A stretch of DNA of 64,000 bases from an uncultured Candidatus Rokubacteria bacterium (GTDB lineage: Bacteria > Methylomirabilota > Methylomirabilia > Rokubacteriales > DASRDR01), in contig CAWGVS010000012.1 in NCBI GenBank assembly GCA_963826115.1, positions 48,202-112,201 on the forward strand. The letters are read 5' to 3'. Numbering within the stretch: the stretch's first letter is position 1; each line of letters begins with the position of its first letter. Below the pieces are notes generated by a model that was not told where the DNA came from, did no database searches, and was given only the letters and a program-made list of their open reading frames with translations. Of the stretch, positions 9,617 through 20,372 are shown piece by piece. A program made the position numbers and the translations under genes.

Positions 9617-10395
9617 GATCCGGGCGCGGGGGGTCGGCGGCGGCGGATCGGTGGCTGATGCTGGGACTCGGCGCGCTGGTGCTGGTCGGCTGGGAAGGGC
9701 TGTCCCGCCACGGCCAGGCGGCCGTCTTCTTCCCGCCACCGTCGGCGATCGCGTGGACCCTCGTGCGCCTGGGGAGCGACGGCTCGCTGGGGGCCCATGT
9801 GGGGGCGACCCTCTTCCGCCTCACTCTCGGTCTCGCCCTCGGCGGCACAGCGGGGCTCGGACTCGGCCTGGTCATGGGGTGGTCCCGCCGGGCGCGGGCC
9901 CTGTTGGACCCGCTGGTCGCCGCTGGTCACCCGGTGCCTAAGATCGCCCTGCTGCCGATCGTGATGATCCTCTTCGGCATCGGGGAGGCGTCCAAGGTGG
10001 TCGTCGTCGCGGTATCCGCCTTCTTCCCGATGGTCATCAACGCGATGGCCGGGGTGCAGAAGATCGACCCGATCCGATTCGATGTCGCCGAGAACTACGG
10101 GGCGCGCTGGAGCACGGTGCTCCGGCGGGTCGTGATCCCCGGCAGCCTCCCCCTGATCATGGCCGGTGCCCGGCAAGCGCTCAACACTGCGCTGCTGGTG
10201 AGCGTCGCCATCGAGACCGTCGCCGCGCAATGGGGGATCGGCGCCATGATCTGGTTCGCCTGGCAGACCCTCCGCGTCGAGGAGCTCTACGCCTGCGTCC
10301 TGGTGACGGCCGTGCTGGGGGTGGCCGCGAACCTCCTTCTCCAGCGCACGACGGCGCGCTTGACGCCCTGGCAGGCGGACGACGACGGGCGATGA
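9613..10395 (+). CDS. ABC transporter permease (NitT/TauT family)
   Basis: ATGA overlap with the ATPase gene. Multi-TM sequence with an EAA-like region (ENYGARWSTVLRRVVIPGSLP). Confidence 0.9.
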   Translation: MRSGRGGSAAADRWLMLGLGALVLVGWEGLSRHGQAAVFFPPPSAIAWTLVRLGSDGSLGAHVGATLFRLTLGLALGGTAGLGLGLVMGWSRRARALLDPLVAAGHPVPKIALLPIVMILFGIGEASKVVVVAVSAFFPMVINAMAGVQKIDPIRFDVAENYGARWSTVLRRVVIPGSLPLIMAGARQALNTALLVSVAIETVAAQWGIGAMIWFAWQTLRVEELYACVLVTAVLGVAANLLLQRTTARLTPWQADDDGR

Positions 10396-11753
10396 GTCTT
10401 GCCGGGCGACCAGTCGAGGCCGGTCGCCCGGCAAGCCGGGCCCAGCCGCCTCTCGCCTGGGACGAGCTCTGGTTCGGCAGCGTCATCCGGCCGCTCTGGG
10501 AGCTCAGCCGACATCAATGGTGGCCGAGCGATCGGCTGCGCGAGCTCCAAGACCGGCGACTCCAGGCTCTGATCCGCCACGCCTGCGCCCGAGTGCCCTA
10601 TTACCGGCAGCTGTTCGCGGCGCAGGGGCTATCGCCAGGCGACATCACGTCGGTCGACGATCTGGCCCGGGTGCCCGTCCTGACCCGGCAGACGGTTCTC
10701 GAGCGTCGAGCGGAGCTCCTGGCGGAGGGAGTCCAGACGGAGCGCTGCCGCCTGACACAGACCAACGGGACGGGCGGACAACGGCTGGTGATGTACCGCA
10801 CGCCGGCCGAAGTGACGCACGGTACCCTGACGTACCTCCGAGTGCTCCTGGCCAACGGGTTTCGTTTTTGGGACAAGCAGCTGTTCATCACGGGCGCGGC
10901 CAGTGACGTGCTGCCGGAGGCTCGACACTGGCTCGATCGGCTGCGACGCCTCCGGAAGCGCCACATCCACACGGCCGTGGAGGTCGAGGAGCAGATCCGC
11001 CTCCTGCGGGCCTTCCGCCCCGACGTGGTCACGGGCTTCAACCAGGCGCTCCGCACCCTCGCCCGGGGGCTCATCAAGGCCGACGCTGGAGGGGTCGCAC
11101 CCCGTCTCGTGTTCGGGGGCGGCGACCAGGCCGACGGTCCGACTCGCGCCGACATCAAGGCGGCCTTCGGAGTGGAGCTCATCGACAAGTACGGGACGTC
11201 GGAGGCCGACTGCCTCGGCTGGGAGTGCCCGGCGCACGCCGGGTACCACCTGAGCGCGGACTGCGTCGTCGTCGAGTTCCTCCACGACGGACGACCGGCG
11301 CGACCGGGCGAGCCAGGTCACGTGGTCGTGACCCCCCTCCACCTGCGGGCGATGCCTCTCATTCGCTACGACCTCGGCGACATCGCCACGCCCATGGCGG
11401 GGGCATGCCCCTGTGGGCGGGCGCTGCCCCTGATGCGGCTGATCGAGGGTCGAACGGACAGCTTCATCACGCTCCCGAGCGGCGCGGTCCTTCCCGGGAC
11501 CGGCACGTTCTCGCGGGCGCTCAACATCGAGGCGGTCCTGGACTGGCAGGTGGTGCAGGAGGACTACGACCGCATCGAGGTGCGAATGATGGTCCAGGGC
11601 GACGTGCCGGACACGGTGGCGCGCGTACGGCGAAGCCTCGAGGAGCTGCTGCGGCACGAGGCGACCGTGCGGATCGAGGTCGTCGATCGCCTCCGCGAGA
11701 GCCCCGGCGCCAAGATGCGGCGGGTGATCTCCCGGGTGCCCGTGAACTTCTGA
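10392..11753 (+). CDS. Phenylacetate-CoA ligase (PaaK) family adenylate-forming enzyme
   Basis: ATG 10392 overlaps the permease stop (ATGA). RLQALIRHACARVPYYRQLF..DITSVDDLARVPVLTRQ, TNGTGG, and CPCGR...IEGRTDSFI. Confidence 0.8.
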   Translation: MSLAGRPVEAGRPASRAQPPLAWDELWFGSVIRPLWELSRHQWWPSDRLRELQDRRLQALIRHACARVPYYRQLFAAQGLSPGDITSVDDLARVPVLTRQTVLERRAELLAEGVQTERCRLTQTNGTGGQRLVMYRTPAEVTHGTLTYLRVLLANGFRFWDKQLFITGAASDVLPEARHWLDRLRRLRKRHIHTAVEVEEQIRLLRAFRPDVVTGFNQALRTLARGLIKADAGGVAPRLVFGGGDQADGPTRADIKAAFGVELIDKYGTSEADCLGWECPAHAGYHLSADCVVVEFLHDGRPARPGEPGHVVVTPLHLRAMPLIRYDLGDIATPMAGACPCGRALPLMRLIEGRTDSFITLPSGAVLPGTGTFSRALNIEAVLDWQVVQEDYDRIEVRMMVQGDVPDTVARVRRSLEELLRHEATVRIEVVDRLRESPGAKMRRVISRVPVNF

Positions 11754-11821
11754 TCGCGCGCCGGGACCTCCTCGCGGGCCGGGTCCCCGGTGCCGTCGGA
11801 GGTCGCGGGCGCCCCGCTCGC

Positions 11822-11842
11822 GGCCCGGGTGTCACCCGGGCC
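11822..11842. terminator. GC-rich hairpin between convergent genes (PaaK-like gene and clpB), a possible bidirectional terminator
   Basis: GGCCCGGGTG-T-CACCCGGGCC inverted repeat in the 105-nt convergent gap. There is no clear U-tract. Confidence 0.35.
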
Positions 11843-11858
11843 GCGTCGCGCACCCCCG

Positions 11859-14462
11859 TCAGACCGCGGCGGTCTCGACGACCCGCGTGAAGCTGAGCTC
11901 GTCCCCGCGCGCGTCGACCCGCACTGTGTCACCCGGCTGGATCTCGCCCTCCAGGAGCTTGAGCGCGAGCGGGTCCTGCACCCGCCGCTGAAGTGTGCGC
12001 TTGAGCGGACGCGCCCCGAAGACCGGGTCGAAGCCTTCCTTCGCGAGGAGCGCCTTCGCGCCGTCCGTCAGCTCGAGGCCGATCCGCTTGTCCGCGAGCC
12101 GCTTCCGGAGGTGCGCCGACTGGATGTCCACGACCCGCTTGATCTCGTCGAGCCCGAGCGCGTGGAAGACGATCACCTCGTCGATGCGGTTCAGGAACTC
12201 CGGCCGGAGATGCTGGCGGAGCTCCTCCAGCACGAGGGCGCGCACCTTGTCCGGGTCGGCGACCTCCCGGAAGTGGTGGCTGCCGAGGTTCGAGGTCATG
12301 ATCACGACCGTGTTGCGGAAGTCCACCGTGCGGCCGTGGCCGTCGGTCAGCCGGCCGTCGTCGAGGAGCTGGAGGAGCGCGTTCCAGACGTCGGGATGCG
12401 CCTTCTCGACCTCGTCGAAGAGCACCACGGAGTAGGGGCGCCGGCGCACCGCCTCGGTCAGCTGCCCGCCCTCCTCGAAGCCGACGTAGCCGGGCGGGGC
12501 GCCGAGAAGCCGCGCCACCGTGTGCTTCTCCATGTACTCGGACATGTCGATCCGCACCATCGCGCGCTCGTCGTCGAACAGGAACTCCGCCAGCGCCCGG
12601 GCGAGCTCGGTCTTGCCGACCCCCGTCGGGCCCAGGAAGAGGAACGAGCCGATGGGGCGGTTGGGGTCGGAGAGCCCCGAGCGCGCCCGCCGGACGGCGT
12701 TCGAGACCGCGCGGATCGCCTCGGGCTGGCCGACCACCCGCTGGCCGAGGCGCTCCTCCATCTGGACGAGCTTCTGGACCTCGCCCTCGAGGAGCCGCGT
12801 CACCGGGATGCCGGTCCACTTGCCCACGACCTCGGCGACGTCCTCCTCGTCGACCTCCTCCTTGAGGAGGCGGCTCTGCCCCTGCTGCGCGGCGAGGCGC
12901 GCGTTCTCGGCCTCGAGCCGCTGCTGGAGCTGGTGGAGGGTCCCGAAGCGGAGCTCGGCCGCCCGCGCGAGGTCGCCGCGTCGCTCGGCGTCGGCCATGG
13001 CCGTCCGCGCGGCGTCGATCTCCTCCGTGATCTTGCTGAGGCGCCCGATGGCCTCCTTCTCGCCCTGCCAGCGGGCCTTGAACGCCGCGGCGCGCTCCTT
13101 CAGGTCCGCGAGCTCGCGGTCCAGGCGCTCGAGGCGCTCCTTCGACGGCTCGTCGGTCTCCTTGGCCAGCGACACCCGCTCGATCTCGAGCTGCATGATG
13201 CGGCGCTGGATCTCGTCGAGCTCGGCCGGCACGGAGTCGATCTCGATGCGGAGCCGCGACGCGGCCTCGTCCACGAGGTCGATGGCCTTGTCGGGCAGGA
13301 ACCGGTCGGCGATGTACCGGTGGGAGAGGACCGCCGCCGCCACCAGCGCCGAGTCCTTGATCCGGACCTTGTGGTGGACCTCGTACTTGTCCTTGAGGCC
13401 GCGGAGGATCGCGATGGTGTCCTCGACGGAGGGCTCCTTCACGAAGATCGGCTGGAAACGCCGCTCGAGGGCCGCGTCCTTCTCGATGTGCTTCCGGTAC
13501 TCGTCGAGCGTCGTCGCGCCGACGCAGCGGAGCTCGCCGCGCGCGAGCGCCGGCTTCAGCATGTTCGAGGCGTCCATCGCGCCCTCGGCGCCGCCGGCGC
13601 CGACCAGCGTGTGGAGCTCGTCGATGAAGCAGACGACCTCGCCGCCCGCCTCGGTGATCTCGCGCAGCACGGCCTTCAGACGATCCTCGAACTCGCCGCG
13701 GTACTTGGTCCCGGCGATGAGGGCGCCGAGGTCGAGGGCGACCAGGCGCTTGCCCTTGAGCCCCTCAGGCACGTCCCCCGCGATGATGCGCTGGGCCAGG
13801 CCCTCGACGATCGCGGTCTTGCCGACGCCCGGCTCGCCGATGAGCACGGGGTTGTTCTTCGTCCGGCGCGAGAGCACCTGGACGACCCGGCGGATCTCGT
13901 CGTCGCGGCCGATGACGGGGTCGAGCTTGCCCTTCCGCGCCAGCTCCGTCAGGTCCCGGCTGTAGCGCTCGAGGGCCTGGTACTTCGCTTCGGGGTTCTG
14001 GTCGGTCACGCGCTGGGAGCCACGGACATCCACCAGCGCCCGGTAGAGGGCGTCCTTGGTCACGCCAGCCTGTCGGAGGATGCGGCCTGCTGCGCCGTCG
14101 GCCTCCTGGGCGATCGCGACGAGGAGGTGCTCCGCCGAGCAGTAGTCGTCCTTGAGCCGCTCCATCTCGGCCCAGGCGGCGTCGAAGACGGCCTTGAGCC
14201 GCGGGCCCATGTACTGGCCGCTCGCGCCGCTGACCTTGGGAAGCCGGCGGATCTCCGCCTGGATCTCCCGGCGGATCGCCTCCGGCCGGGCGCCGAGCTT
14301 GGAGAGGAGCGCGCCGACGACGCCCTCCTCCTGCTCGACCAGGGCGAGCAAGAGATGCTCGGGCTCGATCTGCTGGTGGCCCTCGCGATCCGCGAGACCC
14401 TGAGCGGACTGGACCGCCTCCTGGGCCTTCACGGTGAGCTTGTCGAACCGGAACGGCGCCAT
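11859..14462 (-). CDS. clpB: ATP-dependent chaperone ClpB
   Basis: ORF 11859..14873 with start at [10 protein letters not shown] (14462). Two AAA+ modules ([15 protein letters not shown] and [15 protein letters not shown]) and a coiled-coil middle domain. Confidence 0.95.
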   Translation of the reverse strand: MAPFRFDKLTVKAQEAVQSAQGLADREGHQQIEPEHLLLALVEQEEGVVGALLSKLGARPEAIRREIQAEIRRLPKVSGASGQYMGPRLKAVFDAAWAEMERLKDDYCSAEHLLVAIAQEADGAAGRILRQAGVTKDALYRALVDVRGSQRVTDQNPEAKYQALERYSRDLTELARKGKLDPVIGRDDEIRRVVQVLSRRTKNNPVLIGEPGVGKTAIVEGLAQRIIAGDVPEGLKGKRLVALDLGALIAGTKYRGEFEDRLKAVLREITEAGGEVVCFIDELHTLVGAGGAEGAMDASNMLKPALARGELRCVGATTLDEYRKHIEKDAALERRFQPIFVKEPSVEDTIAILRGLKDKYEVHHKVRIKDSALVAAAVLSHRYIADRFLPDKAIDLVDEAASRLRIEIDSVPAELDEIQRRIMQLEIERVSLAKETDEPSKERLERLDRELADLKERAAAFKARWQGEKEAIGRLSKITEEIDAARTAMADAERRGDLARAAELRFGTLHQLQQRLEAENARLAAQQGQSRLLKEEVDEEDVAEVVGKWTGIPVTRLLEGEVQKLVQMEERLGQRVVGQPEAIRAVSNAVRRARSGLSDPNRPIGSFLFLGPTGVGKTELARALAEFLFDDERAMVRIDMSEYMEKHTVARLLGAPPGYVGFEEGGQLTEAVRRRPYSVVLFDEVEKAHPDVWNALLQLLDDGRLTDGHGRTVDFRNTVVIMTSNLGSHHFREVADPDKVRALVLEELRQHLRPEFLNRIDEVIVFHALGLDEIKRVVDIQSAHLRKRLADKRIGLELTDGAKALLAKEGFDPVFGARPLKRTLQRRVQDPLALKLLEGEIQPGDTVRVDARGDELSFTRVVETAAV

Positions 14463-14529
14463 GCGCTCGTGACCCTCCTTGGTCCTTCGTAGACGACCCC
14501 GCGCCACTCGTCGCGCGGGATCACTGAGG

Positions 14530-14557
14530 AGTCTAGCAGCCGGTCGGACGGTGTCAA
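14530..14557 (-). promoter_or_regulatory. Sigma-70-type promoter candidate TTGACA-N16-TAGACT upstream of clpB
   Basis: The minus strand reads TTGACA(14557-14552)-16 nt-TAGACT(14535-14530), followed by a leader of about 60 nt ending in AAGGAGGG before ATG 14462. Confidence 0.45.
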
Positions 14558-14617
14558 AAGACGCCGTCCGTCGGCGGACGGTCTCGCGCCGGCTCGCGGC
14601 GCGCGGGGCGGGCGGAG

Positions 14618-15670
14618 CTAGGCCGGGTCGCGGGGCAGCGCGGGACGGAGGCCGCGGAGCTCCTCGAAGAGCTCTCGCTCCCGCGCCGAGAGGCCGGTGG
14701 GCATCACGATTCGGACCCGCACCAGCTGATCCCCCTTCCCGCCCTTGAGGTGCGGGACCCCGTAGCCGGGCAGGCGGAACGTGCGCCCGCTGCTGGTCTC
14801 GGGCGGGATCTTCATCGAAACCTTGCCGCGGAGCGTGGGCACCTCCACCTCGGCGCCGAGGGCCGCTTCCCACGGGGCGATCGGGAGCTCCAGGTGGACG
14901 TCGTCCTCGCGACGCTCGAACAGCGGGTGCGACTGGATGTGGACCCGGAGGTAGAGATCACCGCGACCCCCGCCGGCGGTGCCGGAGCCGCCCTCACCGG
15001 CCGCGCGAACGCGGGAACCGTCCCGGACGCCGGCAGGGATGCTCACCTCCACGCGGTTCGTCCGGGGAACGCGGCCAGAGCCGCCGCACGTGGGACACGG
15101 TGACTTGCCCTGCCGCCCCGAGCCCCCGCAGGTCCCGCACGGCGCGAGCTCCTGGAACTCGACGGCCCGGCGGGTCCCGGCAAACGCCTCCTCCAGCGAG
15201 ATCTCGACCTCGGTCTCGAGGTCGCCGCCCCGGCGCGCCCGCGCCCCGGCCCGGAACCGGCCCTGATCCTCGAACTCGACGCCCTGGAACGGGCCCTGGC
15301 GCGCGCCGAGGTCGCCGAAGATGGTGCGGAAGAACTCGGAGAAGTCCCCGAGGTTGCCCGACGGGTCCACGTGGACGCGGTAGCCGCCCGGCCCCGGGCC
15401 CCCCGCCTGCCCCCCGTGTCCGGCGCCGGCGTCCGCGTAGCGCGCCCAGTCCGGCCCGAGGGTGTCGTAGCGCTGGCGCTTCTCGGGGTCGGACAGGACC
15501 TCGTTCGCCTCGTTGATCTCCTTGAAGCGCTCGGCGGCGGCCTTGTTGTCCGGGTTCTGGTCGGGGTGGTACTTGCGGGCGAGCTTCCGGTAGGCGGACT
15601 TGATCGCCTTCGCGTCCGCGGACTTCGGGACGCCGAGGATCTGGTAGTAGTCCTTGTAGGTGACCGCCAC
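14618..15670 (-). CDS. dnaJ: DnaJ-family co-chaperone (J domain, G/F-rich region, one CxxCxGxG pair, C-terminal substrate-binding domain)
   Basis: YYQILGV...HPD J domain, CGTCGGSG and CPTCGGSG motifs, and a GTG start at 15670. Confidence 0.85.
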   Translation of the reverse strand: MAVTYKDYYQILGVPKSADAKAIKSAYRKLARKYHPDQNPDNKAAAERFKEINEANEVLSDPEKRQRYDTLGPDWARYADAGAGHGGQAGGPGPGGYRVHVDPSGNLGDFSEFFRTIFGDLGARQGPFQGVEFEDQGRFRAGARARRGGDLETEVEISLEEAFAGTRRAVEFQELAPCGTCGGSGRQGKSPCPTCGGSGRVPRTNRVEVSIPAGVRDGSRVRAAGEGGSGTAGGGRGDLYLRVHIQSHPLFERREDDVHLELPIAPWEAALGAEVEVPTLRGKVSMKIPPETSSGRTFRLPGYGVPHLKGGKGDQLVRVRIVMPTGLSARERELFEELRGLRPALPRDPA

Positions 15671-15702
15671 GCAGGAATTCTAGCAGGTGGGGCGGCGCCC
15701 GC

Positions 15703-17607
<1,905 letters not shown>

Positions 17608-17627
17608 CGGGAAATTACCGCAGAAAA

Positions 17628-17656
17628 ATGCTAGCGGAGGGGGGCACCCCTGTCAA
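17628..17656 (-). promoter_or_regulatory. Sigma-70-type promoter candidate TTGACA-N17-TAGCAT upstream of ftsH
   Basis: The minus strand reads TTGACA(17656-17651)-17 nt-TAGCAT(17633-17628), 20 nt upstream of ATG 17607. Confidence 0.5.
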
Positions 17657-17700
17657 ACCGGCAAGGCCGCTGGCCGAGGGGCCCCATCGCGGATCGACCG

Positions 17701-19290
17701 CTAGCGTCCCACGAGGTCCTGGAGGGCCTCGCGGTGCGACGCCGAGCGCAGCTTGTCGAGTGCGCGCGCCTGGATCTGCCGGATGCGCTCCCGGGTCACG
17801 CCGAAGCGCCGGCCCACCTCCTCGAGCGTGTGCTCGGCCTCCTCGCCGACCCCGAACCGGAGGCGCAGGATCTGGGCCTCCTTCTCCGACAGGGTGTGCA
17901 GCACCCGCTCGACCCGCGCCGAGACGTCGCCGGCCAGCACGCTGTCGAGCGGCGCCGGACTCCAGTCGTCCTGCAGGAACTCGCCCAGGACCGAATCCTC
18001 GCCGACCGGCGTCTCGAGCGACAGGGGCTTGCTGTTCGCCTGGAGGATCATCGACACCTTGGGCGCCGGCACCCGGCTCCGCTGCGCGAGCTCCTCGATC
18101 GACGGCTCGCGGCCGAGCTCCTGCACGAGACGGCGGCTGGCCCGGGTCAGCTCGGTGAGCGTCGTCGTGACGTGGACCGGGATGCGGATGGTCCGGGACT
18201 GGTCGGAGATCGCCCGCGTGATCGCCTGGCGAATCCACCAGGTCGCGTACGTCGAGAACCGGAAGCCCCGTCGGTATTTGAAGCGGTCCACCGCCCGCAT
18301 CAGCCCGAGGTTCCCCTCCTGGATCATGTCGAGCAGTTCCATGCCGCTGCCGACGTAGTACCGGGCGATGGCCACCACCAGCCGGAGGTTCGCCTCGACG
18401 AGCGCCCGCTTGGCGAGGCGCACCTGGAGATCGGCCACGTCGAGCGTGCGGACCGCCCCGATCGCGCGGCGGTGGGGCAGCCCCAGCTCGCGCTCGATCG
18501 CCCGGCGACGCCGGCGGCCCTCGCCGCTCTGGCCGCGTCCCGCGCGCGGCCTGTGCTGCCGGACGAGCGCGTCCAGCTCGACGAAGAGGCCACGGACCCG
18601 CGTCGCCCACCCGTCGACCACGACGGGCCGGAGGGGCAATTCTCCGAGGAGGTCGGCGCGCTCGCGATGATTCTGCGCGATCCACCGCTGGAGATCCCGC
18701 CGCGGCCGCGCGCTCCGGGCCCGATCGCACGCGGCCTCCAGTCTCTCGAGCTCGCGATCCAGGCCCCGGATCCGCGCGAACAGCCGCAGCACCCGCCGGA
18801 GCGCCGACCCCGAGAGCGGGATGCCATCCGGCGCCTCCAGGACGCGGCTTGCGTCCAGCTCGCCTCGGCGGAGGTCGGCCCCCAGTTCCACCAGCGCGTT
18901 ACGTACCATCGGCACCGCGAGGATGGCCCGGCGCATCCGCTCCTGGCCCCGCTCGATGCGCTGCCCCAGCTGAACCTCCTGCTCGGCCTTCAGCAGGGAC
19001 ACCCGTCCGATCTCGCGGAGGTACCGGCGAAACAGGTCTTCCGGGCTCGGGCCGTCCTCGCGGGGCTCGGGTCGCGGGTCGGCGACGATCTCGTCGGGCG
19101 CCTCGTCCGGCAGGCGCCGCTCGACATCGGACGCGGGCTCGTCGTATCCGCGGAGCGGCCGGCCGGACCACGGCGATGTCGTCCCGTTGCGTCCGTCGCG
19201 TCCACTGGTCGCCGGCCGGGGCAGCGACGACCAGCCCCCGGCGGAGTGGCGATTCGGAACCGGAGCCGGCGGGGATGCTCGCGTGCTCAC
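17701..19290 (-). CDS. rpoD: RNA polymerase sigma-70 family factor, RpoD-like (primary-type)
   Basis: Region 1.2 [11 protein letters not shown], region 2 [16 protein letters not shown]...[17 protein letters not shown], and regions 3 and 4 present. GTG 19290 follows AGGAGG-N9. Confidence 0.9.
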   Translation of the reverse strand: MSTRASPPAPVPNRHSAGGWSSLPRPATSGRDGRNGTTSPWSGRPLRGYDEPASDVERRLPDEAPDEIVADPRPEPREDGPSPEDLFRRYLREIGRVSLLKAEQEVQLGQRIERGQERMRRAILAVPMVRNALVELGADLRRGELDASRVLEAPDGIPLSGSALRRVLRLFARIRGLDRELERLEAACDRARSARPRRDLQRWIAQNHRERADLLGELPLRPVVVDGWATRVRGLFVELDALVRQHRPRAGRGQSGEGRRRRRAIERELGLPHRRAIGAVRTLDVADLQVRLAKRALVEANLRLVVAIARYYVGSGMELLDMIQEGNLGLMRAVDRFKYRRGFRFSTYATWWIRQAITRAISDQSRTIRIPVHVTTTLTELTRASRRLVQELGREPSIEELAQRSRVPAPKVSMILQANSKPLSLETPVGEDSVLGEFLQDDWSPAPLDSVLAGDVSARVERVLHTLSEKEAQILRLRFGVGEEAEHTLEEVGRRFGVTRERIRQIQARALDKLRSASHREALQDLVGR

Positions 19291-19326
19291 GGAAGTCGGC
19301 CTCCTGGGCGCTGGTCAGCCCGTCGT

Positions 19327-19581
19327 CTACGCGGCGTCGTCGCCGTACGTCGAGCGGGCGCGGGCGTTCGCGGCCTCACGCGCGCGGATGGCGCGGCGGT
19401 CCGCGGGAGAGGAGAACATGCGCGGCACGGCCGCCAGGAAGCCTTCGAGTCCACCTCGATGGGCGGTCGGCTCGCGCCGCTCGGGTGTCCGATCGGCCAA
19501 CTGCCGGACGTTGTCGTCCATCCGCTCGGGTGGACGCTCCGCGGTCAGGGCGTCTCGGGATCGGGTGCGCTCACGCTTCAT
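19327..19581 (-). CDS. Small basic hypothetical protein (84 aa)
   Basis: ATG 19581 follows AGGAGGG-N7. GC3 is high across the frame (inner part of ORF 19327..19617). I recognise no family. Confidence 0.45.
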   Translation of the reverse strand: MKRERTRSRDALTAERPPERMDDNVRQLADRTPERREPTAHRGGLEGFLAAVPRMFSSPADRRAIRAREAANARARSTYGDDAA

Positions 19582-19708
19582 CGATCGTCCCTCCTGGATC
19601 GTGAGGACCGGACGCACGACCGACCCGATCGGGTCGGTTCGATGGCAGAGCGTATCGATCGGAGATGAGAGGAGCGTGAAAGCGGGATGAGAAACTTCTC
19701 AGGAACGA

Positions 19709-19729
19709 GGCCGGCGAGGCGCGCCGGCC
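19709..19729 (-). terminator. Hairpin downstream of the LemA gene (candidate terminator)
   Basis: GGCCGGCG-AGGCG-CGCCGGCC lies about 30 nt past the LemA stop. On the transcribed strand it is followed by a moderately T-rich stretch (tcgttcctgagaagtttctc). Confidence 0.3.
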
Positions 19730-19756
19730 CGGGGCGGGCGAACGCCGCCTAGCCGG

Positions 19757-20350
19757 TCAGAACTTGATCGCCGGCGGGGCCTCGCTACCGGGCGTCGCCT
19801 CGAAGTACGGCCGCTCGCGGAAGCCGCGGAGCGAGGCCACCACGCTCCCCGGGAAGCGGCGGACGACGGTGTTGTAGTCGCGGACCGCCTCGTTGAAGCG
19901 GCGGCGCTCCACGGCGATACGGTTCTCCGTGCCCTCGAGCTGGTTCTGGAGCGCCAGGAAGTTCTGGTTCGACTTGAGGTCGGGATAGCGCTCGACCACG
20001 GCCAGCAGCCGGCCGAGCGCGCCGCCCAGCTGGGCCTGGGCCTCCTGGAACTTCCGGAGCGCCTCGGGGTCGCGGATGAGCTCGGGCGTGACCTGCATCC
20101 CCGCCACGCTCGCGCGGGCCCGGGTGACCTCCTCCAGGACGGCGCGCTCCTGGGCCGCGAAACCCTTGACGGTCTCCACCAGGTTCGGGACCAGGTCGGC
20201 GCGGCGCTGGTAGACGTTCTCCACCTGCGCCCAGGCCCCGCGCATCGCCTGCTCGCGCGCGACGAGGTCGTTGCCGATCGATACGAACGCACCGAGGGCG
20301 ACGATGATCAGGATCGCGACGACGCCGAGCAGGACGAGGCCGGATTTCAC
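19757..20350 (-). CDS. LemA family protein
   Basis: N-terminal TM segment, then the LemA signatures AWAQVENVYQRRADLVPNLV...ERYPDLKSNQNF. GTG 20350 avoids overlap with the MFS gene. Confidence 0.9.
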   Translation of the reverse strand: MKSGLVLLGVVAILIIVALGAFVSIGNDLVAREQAMRGAWAQVENVYQRRADLVPNLVETVKGFAAQERAVLEEVTRARASVAGMQVTPELIRDPEALRKFQEAQAQLGGALGRLLAVVERYPDLKSNQNFLALQNQLEGTENRIAVERRRFNEAVRDYNTVVRRFPGSVVASLRGFRERPYFEATPGSEAPPAIKF

Positions 20351-20372
20351 GCGCGGGAGTATAGCACCGGGC

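Noticed and set aside
11790-14492. 900-aa ORF on the plus strand
   Set aside because: It lies exactly antisense to clpB. It has low-complexity Arg/Glu/Leu/Asp-rich composition with no motifs. Long antisense ORFs are expected in DNA this GC-rich because stop codons are rare.
14463-15702. CIRCE or HAIR heat-shock operators near clpB, dnaJ and ftsH
   Set aside because: Neither TTAGCACTC-N9-GAGTGCTAA nor CTTGAGT-N7-ACTCAAG is present. Only the distinct GGACGG-type repeat reported in the findings was seen.
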